A DNA stretch of 63,818 nucleotides, the filler included, from Octopus bimaculoides (lineage: Eukaryota): the NCBI RefSeq assembly GCF_001194135.2. It is 14 parts of 14 records of this genome, joined end to end, with 100 filler letters (N's around TTAATTAATTAA, not from the genome) between each part and the next. Parts side by side here need not be neighbours in the genome. Positions count along the whole stretch, not along the records: positions 1 to 6,577 come from NC_068982.1; positions 6,678 to 20,677 come from NC_068992.1; 12 more parts are not named here. One strand, given 5' to 3'. The position numbers were made by a program, and so were the translations under genes. How positions within the stretch are numbered: the stretch's first letter is position 1; every line of letters starts with the position of its first letter. Positions 1 through 11,660 of the stretch are shown in pieces. Under the pieces are notes generated by a model. The model saw only the letters and a list, made by a program, of their open reading frames with translations, made no database searches and was not told the DNA's origin.

Positions 1-632
1 TATATGTATATATATATGTATGTATGTATGTATAGGCCAGTCTTCTACTACAACCCTTTAGATTTCACTATTTCATTGTGTGTGTGTGTCAGTGAGTGTG
101 TGCGTGTGTGTGTGTGTGTGCGTGTGTGTGTGCGAGCGCACGCGTATTACTGTCCTCGTGCATTTACGCGTGAATNNNNNNNNNNNNNNNNNNNNNNNNN
201 NNNNNNNNNNNNNNNNNNNNNNNNNNNNNNNNNNNNNNNNNNNNNNNNNNNNNNNNNNNNNNNNNNNNNNNNNNNNNNNNNNNNNNNNNNNNNNNNNNNN
301 NNNNNNNNNNNNNNNNNNNNNNNNNNNNNNNNNNNNNNNNNNNNNNNNNNNNNNNNNNNNNNNNNNNNNNNNNNNNNNNNNNNNNNNNNNNNNNNNNNNN
401 NNNNNNNNNNNNNNNNNNNNNNNNNNNNNNNNNNNNNNNNNNNNNNNNNNNNNNNNNNNNNNNNNNNNNNNNNNNNNNNNNNNNNNNNNNNNNNNNNNNN
501 NNNNNNNNNNNNNNNNNNNNNNNNNNNNNNNNNNNNNNNNNNNNNNNNNNNNNNNNNNNNNNNNNNNNNNNNNNNNNNNNNNNNNNNNNNNNNNNNNNNN
601 NNNNNNNNNNNNNNNNNNNNNNNNNNNNNNNN

Positions 633-940
633 TGGTGTTTTTGTTATGTATTTGTCTGAATATTTTTTTTATTATACCTAAGGCACCTACTATGATAGGA
701 ATTGTTTCTGTTTTTAGATTCCACATTCGAGTTACATCTATTTCCAGGTCTTTGTATTTTGAAAGTTTCTCCATTTCTTTTAGGGAAACGTTGTCATCTG
801 CTGGTATTGATACATCAATTAGAAAGCATTTTTTTCCTTCATGATCTTTGACAATTATATCTGGTCTATTGGCCTTAATTTCTCTATCTGTGTGTATTGG
901 CATATCCCAGAGTATGGTTGCTTTCTCGTTTTCTGTGACT
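633..940 (-). mobile_element. R4/Dong-clade non-LTR retrotransposon, 5'-truncated (restriction-like endonuclease region)
   Basis: ILWDMPIHTDREIKANRPDIIV..LIDVSIP..EKLSKYKDL (PD-D/ExK motif). Begins directly after (TAA)n at 941-975. Confidence 0.9.
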
Positions 941-975
941 ATTATTATTATTATTAATATTATTATTATTATTAT

Positions 976-1245
976 GGCCGGGTTCCAGCCCGGGCCGCAG
1001 CAACAAAGTCCACTCGCCACACTTCTCTGTCCAACATGTTTCCAGGACCTCGAGGCGGTCCTGGATACATTCCAGGCCAGTGTCTGCAATCAAGTCGTTT
1101 TCTTACATCACCATGTTAGTGGGTACCACAAGACTAATTTGGATGCCCTCACTTCGGAGTGGTGCTCGCAGTGACCAGATAGTTGCAGCTGTCTTTGCCT
1201 GATTTTCTCGCTAACTTTCGGCAGGTCTCCATAAAGCGGCATATA
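976..1245 (-). mobile_element. RTE-like LINE 3' end with (TAA)n tail
   Basis: LYGDLPKVSEKIRQRQLQLSGHCEHHSEVRASKLVLWYP resembles the C-terminus of RTE-type RT ORFs. Confidence 0.6.
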
Positions 1246-1598
1246 TATGAACAGCAGACAAATACAGGTATATCAAATATCATATAAGATAAATTCTTGA
1301 TTTATCCAAATTATTTCCACCTTTGGAGGATGTATCATAATTGTGATCAACTCCACTTGAGAAGGAACAGTTAAAACATTTATAAATTTAATTTCGAATT
1401 TAAGATGTGATAGGTCAGAATATCTTCTCTACGAGAACTGAGCATCGAAAAAGTTCCAGAGTGTGTACACTGTTCGTGGAGTAACCTATATTCATGTATG
1501 TTGTTCATTGAATTGCCACTGGTCACTTCGAGTTGTTTTTCTTAGCTCATTATGTTTGAATTATGCAAATTATCTAGGCCATAAAAGAGTATATAAAA

Positions 1599-1651
<53 letters not shown>

Positions 1652-2258
1652 CGTGTAATGAACCACTGCTCGGTGACAGCACCCGATTTCTTCTCCGTCG
1701 AGCATGGCGCATGGCCTAGTGATTAGGGTATTGCATTTACGATCACAAGATCGCCGTCAACACTCCCAAACCGGGTATTATACACTCTTCTTTTATATAC
1801 TCTTTTTTTGTATAAGTCTAAGTCCTTTGGCAACTGGAGATAGGTAGAAGAATAATCGCCGTGCCGATGACGGTTATTGAGTCAGAAACACGTCTCCATT
1901 TCCAAACAATAAATCTATTCTTTCCCTTAATGGTATGTCAGTTTTGGAAAATTCTCGAATCTTCAGATTATTTTCACTTGAAAAGGGGAAATAATCGCTT
2001 GACGATTGGCGTTGGTATATTTATATTCTGTACTTAGGGGTTCGGCAAAAGAGATTGCGTACTACATCTGCCAACATTATGATGTAAATCTGAGCTCCCA
2101 GAAACAAGTGCCGAGCCTGTAATACCATGCCTTCTCTTAGTTTTTTTGTTTTTTGTATCTTCTTACTCGTAAATCTGCTTTGATAATATATAAATATCTG
2201 TATATTTATACATGAATGTTCATTGTCTGAATAATTTCAGAGTTTGTTTCTCTCTATT

Positions 2259-2301
<43 letters not shown>

Positions 2302-2439
2302 TTGTGTGTGTGTGGGTATGTACTCTTTTACTCGTTTCAACCGTACGGCCGTGGTCATGCTGGAGCATCACCATGGTTTTTCTGACTTCCTCAGTCTGAG
2401 TGTTTCATATCACCACTCCTATATGTGCCTTTGTCCCAG

Positions 2440-2700
2440 CTGTTGGTACATTTGGTGCATAAGGGAGTTTGATTCCGCTGCCCTCGTCTGTACCTAATGT
2501 CGGGCTGTTGGATGATCCGGTATTGTGGAAAGGAGGATGTCTAGTTCCTTTTTGAAGACATCTAATTCCACTTTATGCAGATTTCTTAATTTTTGTGGCA
2601 GGGCATTGAAAAGCTGTGGGCCTTTGAACCCTAAGCTATTGCAGTAGCTGGACCTGAATTTAGATGGAGTGGATGGTACCTTTGGTACAATACGATGGTA

Positions 2701-2703
<3 letters not shown>
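2440..2703 (-). mobile_element. CR1-like LINE 3' coding end
   Basis: NSLGFKGPQLFNALPQKLRNL..FKKELDILLSTIPDHP..RAAESNSL is typical of invertebrate CR1 ORF2 C-termini. Confidence 0.7.
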
Positions 2704-2739
<36 letters not shown>

Positions 2740-4102
2740 TAAAAAAAAAACGGGGTTTGTATGATCGTGTATAGAGGAATATATTATTTAAAAGAGTTCC
2801 AACTCTGTCTGTTTTTTATGTTTTATTTATATTCTTATAAAATTAATGTGGGATATAGAATATGGAATATATAATATAAATAGTAAAATGAAATGAAGTA
2901 TTGAATGTCTTATTGTATATATGAAATATTGAGTATTAAATATAGAGTATTAAAATGTATAAGGACTAGTATACTTCCTGCCTCATGGCAGTCATCAAAG
3001 TCCTGTCTGACATATATATATGCATGCATGTATGTATATTATATATGTTTATTATATACCTGGCCCAAACGGTTTCATTAGTTTATTTGCATCATTCTCT
3101 CCCCCCCCCCCTCTCTCATCAATTCACACACATAAATACATATGCATACATACATTATTCTACTGTCATTTTAATTTCTTATGTAAGTAAGTATGTATGT
3201 ATGTATGTATGTATGTANNNNNNNNNNNNNNNNNNNNNNNNNNNNNNNNNNNNNNNNNNNNNNNNNNNNNNNNNNNNNNNNNNNNNNNNNNNNNNNNNNN
3301 NNNNNNNNNNNNNNNNNNNNNNNNNNNNNNNNNNNNNNNNNNNNNNNNNNNNNNNNNNNNNNNNNNNNNNNNNNNNNNNNNNNNNNNNNNNNNNNNNNNN
3401 NNNNNNNNNNNNNNNNNNNNNNNNNNNNNNNNNNNNNNNNNNNNNNNNNNNNNNNNNNNNNNNNNNNNNNNNNNNNNNNNNNNNNNNNNNNNNNNNNNNN
3501 NNNNNNNNNNNNNNNNNNNNNNNNNNNNNNNNNNNNNNNNNNNNNNNNNNNNNNNNNNNNNNNNNNNNNNNNNNNNNNNNNNNNNNNNNNNNNNNNNNNN
3601 NNNNNNNNNNNNNNNNNNNNNNNNNNNNNNNNNNNNNNNNNNNNNNNNNNNNNNNNNNNNNNNNNNNNNNNNNNNNNNNNNNNNNNNNNNNNNNNNNNNN
3701 NNNNNNNNNNNNNNNNNNNNNNNNNNNNNNNNNNNNNNNNNNNNNNNNNNNNNNNNNNNNNNNNNNNNNNNNNNNNNNNNNNNNNNNNNNNNNNNNNNNN
3801 NNNNNNNNNNNNNNNNNNNNNNNNNNNNNNNNNNNNNNNNNNNNNNNNNNNNNNNNNNNNNNNNNNNNNNNNNNNNNNNNNNNNNNNNNNNNNNNNNNNN
3901 NNNNNNNNNNNNNNNNNNNNNNNNNNNNNNNNNNNNNNNNNNNNNNNNNNNNNNNNNNNNNNNNNNNNNNNNNNNNNNNNNNNNNNNNNNNNNNNNNNNN
4001 NNNNNNNNNNNNNNNNNNNNNNNNNNNNNNNNNNNNNNNNNNNNNNNNNNNNNNNNNNNNNNNNNNNNNNNNNNNNNNNNNNNNNNNNNNNNNNNNNNNN
4101 NN

Positions 4103-4340
4103 CGTTAGCACGCCGGGCGAAATGCTTAGCGGTATTTCGTCTGCTGCTACGTTCTGAGTTCAAATTCCGCCGAGGTCGACTTTGCCTTTCATCCTTTCGG
4201 GGTCGATAAATTAAATACCAGTTGCGTACTGGGGTAGATCTAATCGACTTAAACTCCTGCCTAGAGTAGAAGAAAAAAACTCTTCAAGGCGGTACCCCAG
4301 CATGGCCGCAGTCCAACGACTGAAACATTTAAAGCTTAAA
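4103..4340 (+). mobile_element. SINE group C body joined to the group A tail
   Basis: gttagcacgccgggcgaaatgcttagcgg ... then ggcggtaccccagcatggccgcagtc. Confidence 0.75.
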
Positions 4341-4429
4341 AGAAGGACGAAAGCTGCAGGTGTAGAAATGACAGTGGTTATATCATATTATCAAATCTAA
4401 TGTTTTGTTTTATTTATTATTTTCATATA

Positions 4430-4686
4430 TTCCCCCACCTTGTACATACAAAATCCCACATATGACATAGTACCCCGAGTGACAAGCCCAGTTACAGGTA
4501 CTTTCAGCTGTCGCCAAATTGAGGTGTCGTTTTATAATCTACTTATAATAATAGTGTTAACTTTCTATGTTAACTTTTTACTTTTTGCAATATCGTTTTA
4601 TTAATGAGACTAGCAGAAACACCGTTCTCTAGACATCATACTTGCATCTATATGTCATGTTTGAAACTGCTGTGATGTGTATAACT
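4430..4686 (-). pseudogene. Possible decayed sushi-like exon
   Basis: Strong acceptor (tcttttcatctcttctttgtttAG), then SNMTYRCKYDV*, frameshifted CLENGVSA and later ESTCNWACHSGYY. Protein-level resemblance only. Confidence 0.3.
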
Positions 4687-6202
4687 CTAAACAAAGAAGA
4701 GATGAAAAGATAGATAGATAGGAGGGGGAGCGTTAAAATGCTGATGATCTCACAATGAATTAAAATTTAGCTTTCTGATTGAATTGTGTTGTTGAAATCT
4801 TCAATAATAAAAGGACCTCGTAAACTACATTTTGATAAAGAATATATTGCAATGTGAATTTTTAAGAATTTTCTACGCAATGTAGACTTGTAGTAATTGC
4901 TTTCACGGGTAAAAGTTTTACACTCATAACTAATTAATAAACAACTTTCTTTGTTATGATATAGATTACTTTTACAGTCTCATAATCTGCCCTTTTTATC
5001 AACCTGCACGCTAATAACTATCTTTAGTGGACTCAAAGCGGCGAGTTGATTGAATCATAACAGCATTGGTTAGAATGTCTTGTGGCAGTATTTATTTCGA
5101 CTCTCTGGTTTCTGAGTCCAAATCCCAACAAAGTCAACTTTATCTTTCTTGTTTACCGGATCGATTAAAAAAAAAATAATGTACTAAACCAAGGCAATGG
5201 ATTGGCGGAACCGTCAGCGGGATCAGGAAAAATGAACAAACATTGATTAAACATTGGTGGCATGGAGTGGAGAAAGGGGACTTACATGTCTGAGCAAGTC
5301 ATAGTATTTATAAAAAAAGAACCTTGCCTAGCCCTGCGCATAGAAGTGTAGAAGTTTGGTCAACACTGACCAACCAAACCCTTGAGATTTGGACTCAGAA
5401 TGGGTTTGCGTTGGGCATCATTTTGTTTGACTGTAAATAAAGGAGAAAAAGAAGCTACAATTTTAATGTAAAAACAAAAGAAAAAGAAAACTCTACTCCA
5501 ATTTCACTAAATTCTAATAAAAAATACAACTCCCTCTCCCAAATGAAACTGCATACACCGTGGAAATATACTCGAGATAAACTGAGAACAAAATTAATGA
5601 AACGAATGCATTTTGCTTTTATTGGGGAAACATCAAACTTGTTATCGTATTTAATTATTGCATTATCTAATTGTTGCATTATCTAATTATTTAATTTACC
5701 ATTTAATTTATCAGCGAATCTACTGATCGAACGAACCCCTATATTTATTGTAACCATCCTATATTGATCGAGCAGTTGTTATTTATTAGGATGCTCGCTG
5801 TTACATCAGGGGCTCTGGTAACTGTTGCTGTTTTTATTCTCTTGTATTGAAGGTTTCACTGAACGAACATTATTTTCTCTTGTGTTATGTCATATGACGT
5901 TATATGACGTAACAATGAAGAGAAAGTAACATTCATTCTCTATTGTCACGTTTATGTACATCGCTTGGCCGAACGTGTAAAGAAATCAGAATCTGGATTG
6001 AATGAAGGGCTACAGGCTTATATCTTATCATAGGTATTGCATTGCACACACACATCACTAAAATTAACTTGTGATCACAGAAACGAGTTTAAACTGAAGA
6101 GGGACGTGGTGGTTTACAGCACCAATTTAAAAATATTCTATCGAACAAAAGTCAGTGAATTCGTACATTAGAAAAGGTCATAATCATAAGTACTACAATG
6201 GG

Positions 6203-6525
6203 CACTCCGTCGGTTACGGCGACGAGGGTTCCAGTTGATTCGAGCAACGGAACAGCTTGCTCGTGAAATTAATGTGCATGTGGCTGGGCACTCCACAGAT
6301 ACATGTACCCTTAATGTGACTACATTAAGATGTGACTACATCAGGGAGATTCAGCGTGACAAGGATGGCCCCTTGAAATACAGGTACTACTCACTTTTGT
6401 AAGCTGAGTGGACTGGAGCAACGTGAAATAAAGTGTCTTGCTCAAGGACACAACGCGTCTTTTGGAATTGAACTCACGACCTTATGATCGTGAGCCGAAT
6501 ACCCTAACCACTAAGCCACGCCTCT
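6203..6525 (-). mobile_element. SINE with a different tRNA head and the group B tail
   Basis: Head ggcgtggcttagtggttagggtattcggctcacgatc, CORE-like gtgtccttgagcaagacac, tail ggaaccctcgtcgccgtaaccgacggagtgcc. Confidence 0.8.
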
Positions 6526-6677
6526 TCACATAATCTTGAAGAGTTTTAGTCGGATTGGTTCTTCTCCGCTATATATANNNNNNNNNNNNNNNNNNNNNNN
6601 NNNNNNNNNNNNNNNNNNNNNTTAATTAATTAANNNNNNNNNNNNNNNNNNNNNNNNNNNNNNNNNNNNNNNNNNNN

Positions 6678-6831
6678 TACGACGGGCTTCTTTCAGTATC
6701 CGTCTACCAAATCCACTAACAAGGCTATAGTTGAAAACACTTGCCCTACAGTAGAAGAAACTTGCCCAAAGTGTCACGCAGTGGAACCGAACCCCAAACC
6801 ATGCGGTTGGGAAGCAAGCTCCTTACCACAC
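6678..6831 (-). mobile_element. SINE group A head half
   Basis: gggcttctttcagt.tccgtctaccaaatccact ... ttaccacac. Confidence 0.75.
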
Positions 6832-7048
6832 TATATATATATATATGGGAGGTATTGGTGTCTAGAAGACCCAAAGAATATCGGATAACGCTAAGTAAGT
6901 GCTATGGTCAGACCGTAGTTAAACTCTTGATTCGATCGTGATATGAGTGAGGAGTCTAATGTGGGTCTTGTATTAACACGCATATATGTATTAGACAGAA
7001 TAACAAAGCCAAGGTTGTGAAGAGTTTTCAGGACATTTATAATGAAAT

Positions 7049-7097
7049 AGTCTTACAGCTGTTTCTGGAATATTATGGACATCTCTTCATCAGAGAC
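7049..7097 (-). ncRNA. Minimal type I hammerhead-ribozyme-like motif
   Basis: gtct-CTGATGA-a(stem II)a-GAAA-cagctg-TA-agac: stem I pairs, stem III is palindromic, stem II is imperfect. Confidence 0.5.
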
Positions 7098-7521
7098 GGT
7101 GTGAGAAAATATTTGAGTTCGAATTATTGTGGAAAAGGAAGAGATTGGGAATATAGAAGAAAATAAGAGAAAGGAAGCAGAAATAAGATATATCAAGATA
7201 TTGTAGTTGCAGTTCCATTATTTGAGGAAAATGGTGTACAGAAGTAGTAAAAAAGTTTCCTGTACATGGTGAATTCACGCCACAAAACCCTTTCGAAAGA
7301 GCAACACTGACTCCACGGCTCCATACTTTGAAATGACAAAACACGAACTGCTATTGGAACTTACATACCATGTACAGGAAACTTTTTTACCGCTTCTATA
7401 CACCATTTTCCTCAAATAATGGAATTGCAACTACATTATCATTATATATCTTATTTCTGCTTTCATTCTCTTATTTCCCTCTATATCAACTATCTTTTCC
7501 TTTTCCACAATAATTCGAACT

Positions 7522-7566
<45 letters not shown>

Positions 7567-7719
7567 GCACATATTTAAGCTTCTTACCACACATTATATA
7601 TATGTATACATACACACAAATATATACACACAAATATATATTTAAGTATTCATATATGTATGATTTATACATTAATGAAAGGTATGATGCTGTGCTTGAC
7701 TGAAACATCGTTATGGCAG

Positions 7720-7900
7720 GGTATCCATCTTTATATACGCCTATCTTTCGTAAGGACACCAGCCAAACATACAGTGACAGAAACATTAATATTAGTGATA
7801 GTTTCATTTTTACATTGGTGTTCAGCGTTGACCGTGACTGTTGCTGGCCCACAAGTGGAATGCAACGATGAAGGATGAATTATGGGAAATTCAATGGGCA
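7720..7900 (-). pseudogene. Possible decayed Cys-rich/sushi-like coding remnant
   Basis: Frame STCGPATVTVNAEHQCKNETITNINVSVTVCLAGVLTKDRRI* resembles C..C-x-(N/A)GVLT of the 53 kb exon, with sequons NET and NVS. Weak. Confidence 0.2.
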
Positions 7901-8559
7901 TTTAGAGATGAAGTCATTTTTCTGAAGAAATATGGTGTTGGTATTATGAAGTGCAGCGCTTACATCTTAAATCTATTTGCTAACGGAATAGGATTTAATG
8001 TTAACATGGTTGATGATCATCAGTCAGTGGCAGGAAGTGCTAAGTTAGAAAATTCTAGACGAACTTTATTAGTTTCTTATATTCTTTAATTTGTATCTAA
8101 CTTCCGGAGATTTGCTCTGGCTACATTTGATTTTATTTTTGTCGTTTACTTCCGTGGCAGCCATGACTGAGCAGATCTTTGACCAAAGACGGTTGCAGTC
8201 ACGATCATGGATTTTTTTTTATTATGTACATGGGGCAACTTTATTCAATTCGTCCTATTTTGTTAACACAGAAATATTAGAGTTGAGTGAGGTTTGGATG
8301 CTATTTCTATAAAGGTGAATGTCACTGCAAATGCTTGCTCCCTTCTAGTTAACTAGATTTTAATGGCTACTGTGACATAATCTCTCTCTCACTTGTTGAA
8401 CTAATTTGGCACCGGGTTGTGCCACTTTATTGATATTTCACATTGAATCATTAAGGTTTCATGCGACAGCGTTCAACAGAAGATGACGGAGGAAGCGAGA
8501 TAACATGAATATTATCTTTTGTGTTGATCATTTAAGAATGTTTTCGATAATAATAACGA

Positions 8560-8671
8560 TAATGGTGATGATGAAGACGATGATAATGATGATGATGATG
8601 ATGATTATAATGGTGATAGTGAAGGTGATGATGACGATTACGACGACGATGATGGTAACAACAACAGCGGC

Positions 8672-8737
<66 letters not shown>

Positions 8738-8810
8738 GACAACAACAATATCAACAATAACAACAACAATAATAACATTAATAATAATGGTAATAATATT
8801 CAAAATATGA
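8560..8810. repeat. Compound (GAT)/(TAA)/(CAA) microsatellite
   Basis: Direct reading. Confidence 0.95.
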
Positions 8811-9299
8811 TATGATATTATATCTTATATCATACGATGGTGAAGACTAAACTTGTGAAGGACATTAAACATTTGTAGTTATCTCACAAAATAGTGTTAA
8901 AAAAAAACAACCAAAAAGAAATGAAAAGGAAACAAATAAGAAAGAGAATTGTTGAAATGTATTAAGAACGATGTTCTTTTTCTATGATTGTTGTATGTTG
9001 TATGATAAATCAATTAAGCATCGGAAAAAGTCTCTTTCAGAAAAACATACATTCATTAATATACATTAACCTCATGAGACATCAAATGTTGTAATCGAAT
9101 TTATTACATGACAATATTCAAGGAAAGGAAGCGATATATACGCAACATCAGAACATTTAAGAAAACAAAACAAAACAACAGCAATAGCATCAGCAACAAC
9201 AAAATGACCGCTGTAAGAAGAACAGAAAAAAAAAAAGAAACAAGAAAAAAACGAGCCTATGAAATGGTGATAACAATGACCTAAGCCAAGTTGTAGGAA

Positions 9300-9324
9300 T
9301 AGAGAGAGGGAGAGATAGGGAGTG

Positions 9325-9387
<63 letters not shown>

Positions 9388-9420
9388 GAGATAGAGAGAG
9401 AGAGAGTGAGAGAGAGAGGA
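9300..9420. repeat. (GATA)n/(GA)n microsatellite
   Basis: Direct reading. Confidence 0.95.
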
Positions 9421-10087
9421 AGGAAAGTGAGCAAGGGAGAAAAGAAATATGGCGAATACATCACTCTATGACAAAAGTCAATTGAGTGATGTTCCTGCCC
9501 ATGAGACATTTATAATAAAATTAAAGAACCATTTGAAATATCTGCACCAAACGCACAATAGAAAACAAAAGCTAGGAACAAACGTTGGTTACGACGAGAG
9601 AAATAAAATAAAACAATAACGAATGAAAAAAGAATTATAAATATGGATATCAGAAATGGTATACAATTTGATAACATAGAAGAAAGGAAACTAAAACATA
9701 TTGAGAGATTTTCTATGAGTGATCATAAGAAGAGATATAACATGCTGAGAGATTTTTTTATTCTCTGATCGATAACAGGATGTAAAATTGAAAGAAATAA
9801 TAAAAGAAAAATAGCGATTCCGTTGCAATATTAAAGAATAATTTCGGTAAATATTTAGAGAGCACAATGTGGAATAAACCCGTTAAGTTTCCTGAAGGTG
9901 GGAGCTGGTATATTGTTATTATTCTATGTTCGGGACGGGAAAATCGTCCCTTCGGTCTAGCAATGCTGGATCGAGGTGGGAAGGGAAGACTGCGGTGTAT
10001 GGGCCACGTTTTATGATTTCGTTAAGGGCGGTTTGGCGTAGAAGGCGGCCAGTAATATAATGGCATTAACAAAATAAGGGTCAAGCG

Positions 10088-10093
10088 CAGCAA

Positions 10094-10124
<31 letters not shown>

Positions 10125-10196
10125 AGAGGATGAAGAAGAAGAAGAAGAAGAAGAAGACGAAGAAGAAGAAGAAGAAGAAGAAGAAGAAGAAAAAAA

Positions 10197-10243
<47 letters not shown>

Positions 10244-10262
10244 AGAAGAAGAAGAAGAAGAG
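10088..10262. repeat. (CAG)n followed by (GAA)n microsatellite
   Basis: Direct reading. Confidence 0.95.
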
Positions 10263-10397
10263 ATGTGGATAAAGGAAGTGATAACATAGAGAATAGATGC
10301 AACACTAACAAACAACAACGATGACTGATGACGACAACGACAACAATAATAATAATCCTTTCTGCTAAAGGTACAAGGCCTGCAATTTCGGGGGATA

Positions 10398-11076
10398 GAA
10401 AAGAAACAAAACAAGTAACTGCAGAATATGTGGAGATGGACAAGAAACAATAAATCATATTATCTCTGGCTGCCCAGTCCTGGCTAAGAAGGAATATATT
10501 CACAGACACGACAGAGCTGGAACCTATATACACTGGAAGCTATGCCAACACTATGGAAAAACAACAGAAAAAAGATGGTATAGATACACGCCAGAAAAGG
10601 TCACAGAAAACGAGAAAGCAACCATACTCTGGGATATGCCAATACACACAGATAGAGAAATTAAGGCAAATAGACCAGATATAGTTGTCAGAGATTATGA
10701 AGAAAAAAATGCTTTCTAATTGATGTATCAATACCAGCAGATGATAACGTTTCCCTAAAAGAAATGGAGAAACTTTCAAAATACAAAGACCTGGAAATAG
10801 AGGTAACTCGAATGTGGAATCTAAAAACAGAAACAATTCCTATCATAGGCATGATTAAAAAAAATATTCAGACAAATGCCTAACAAAAATACCAGGACTT
10901 ACAAATATATATGATATACAGAAAATAGCACTACTGGGCACTGCACATATCCTACGCTAAACACTTTCAATACAGTAACCATAAGAGCATCATAGCAAAC
11001 CACAGCACATACCCAAGGCACACAGAGTTGCGCTCATTAATGAAGTGAAAGCACGTTATAAAAATAAAACTACTGA
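10398..11076 (+). mobile_element. R4/Dong 3' fragment (CCHC knuckle, endonuclease, 3' UTR), subfamily 1
   Basis: CRICGDGQETINHIISGCPVLAKKEYIHRHD, RPDIVV, frameshifts. The 3' UTR ends ..aaaactactg then (TAA)n. Confidence 0.92.
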
Positions 11077-11118
11077 ATAATAATAATAATGACAGTAATA
11101 ATAATAATAATAATACTA

Positions 11119-11215
<97 letters not shown>

Positions 11216-11227
11216 TAATAATAAAAA

Positions 11228-11660
11228 AAATGCCCCGATGCAGTCAGACCCAGGCAGTGGCTCTCATAGCTTCTGATTTTCGCTGCTTGAAAGTGTTATG
11301 TACATTGTTTTGTCTTGGTATAAAAGATGTGTTACAGCAAATATTCTGCTCAATACAACAAATTTGCTTGTCACTTGTTTGACTTTAACCAATTGAGCAT
11401 GTCCCTAGGTGGCTGACTATATATGCATCTCTGATCACGAGTAGAAGTATTGGGGGAGCATCATAGCCATATGTTGAGAGGAATTATTTGGGGTTTGGAT
11501 AGTTCACCTTTGGAAACATTGGTGTTTCGTTCAACATTCTTAAAAAAATCATTATTCACAGACCTTTTGAGCGGGATGGGCTATTCAACCTGAAGAAAAC
11601 TCTAAGTGGGCTCCACCTGCATGGTCATGCACTGTTTATCTTGATATATTATCACCATGT
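11228..11660 (-). mobile_element. Unclassified retroposon-like repeat, tail-to-tail with the Dong copy
   Basis: High-complexity non-coding block whose minus-strand 3' end abuts the (ATT)n tract. Recalled as a common octopus repeat, not verified. Confidence 0.35.

Noticed and set aside
3171-4209. Long ORFs of 200-390 aa in the track that are mostly X (also at 17-18, 21, 24-25, 29, 32, 38, 46, 48 and 54-55 kb)
   Set aside because: They are open only because N codons are not stops.
7660-8312. Plus-strand ORFs vaguely resembling GPCR transmembrane segments
   Set aside because: No DRY or NPxxY motif, several frame breaks, and the hydrophobicity is explained by base composition.
10022-10533. Poly-K/R, poly-L/F/C, poly-I, poly-Y and YI/CV-repeat ORFs throughout
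   Set aside because: Translations of microsatellites.
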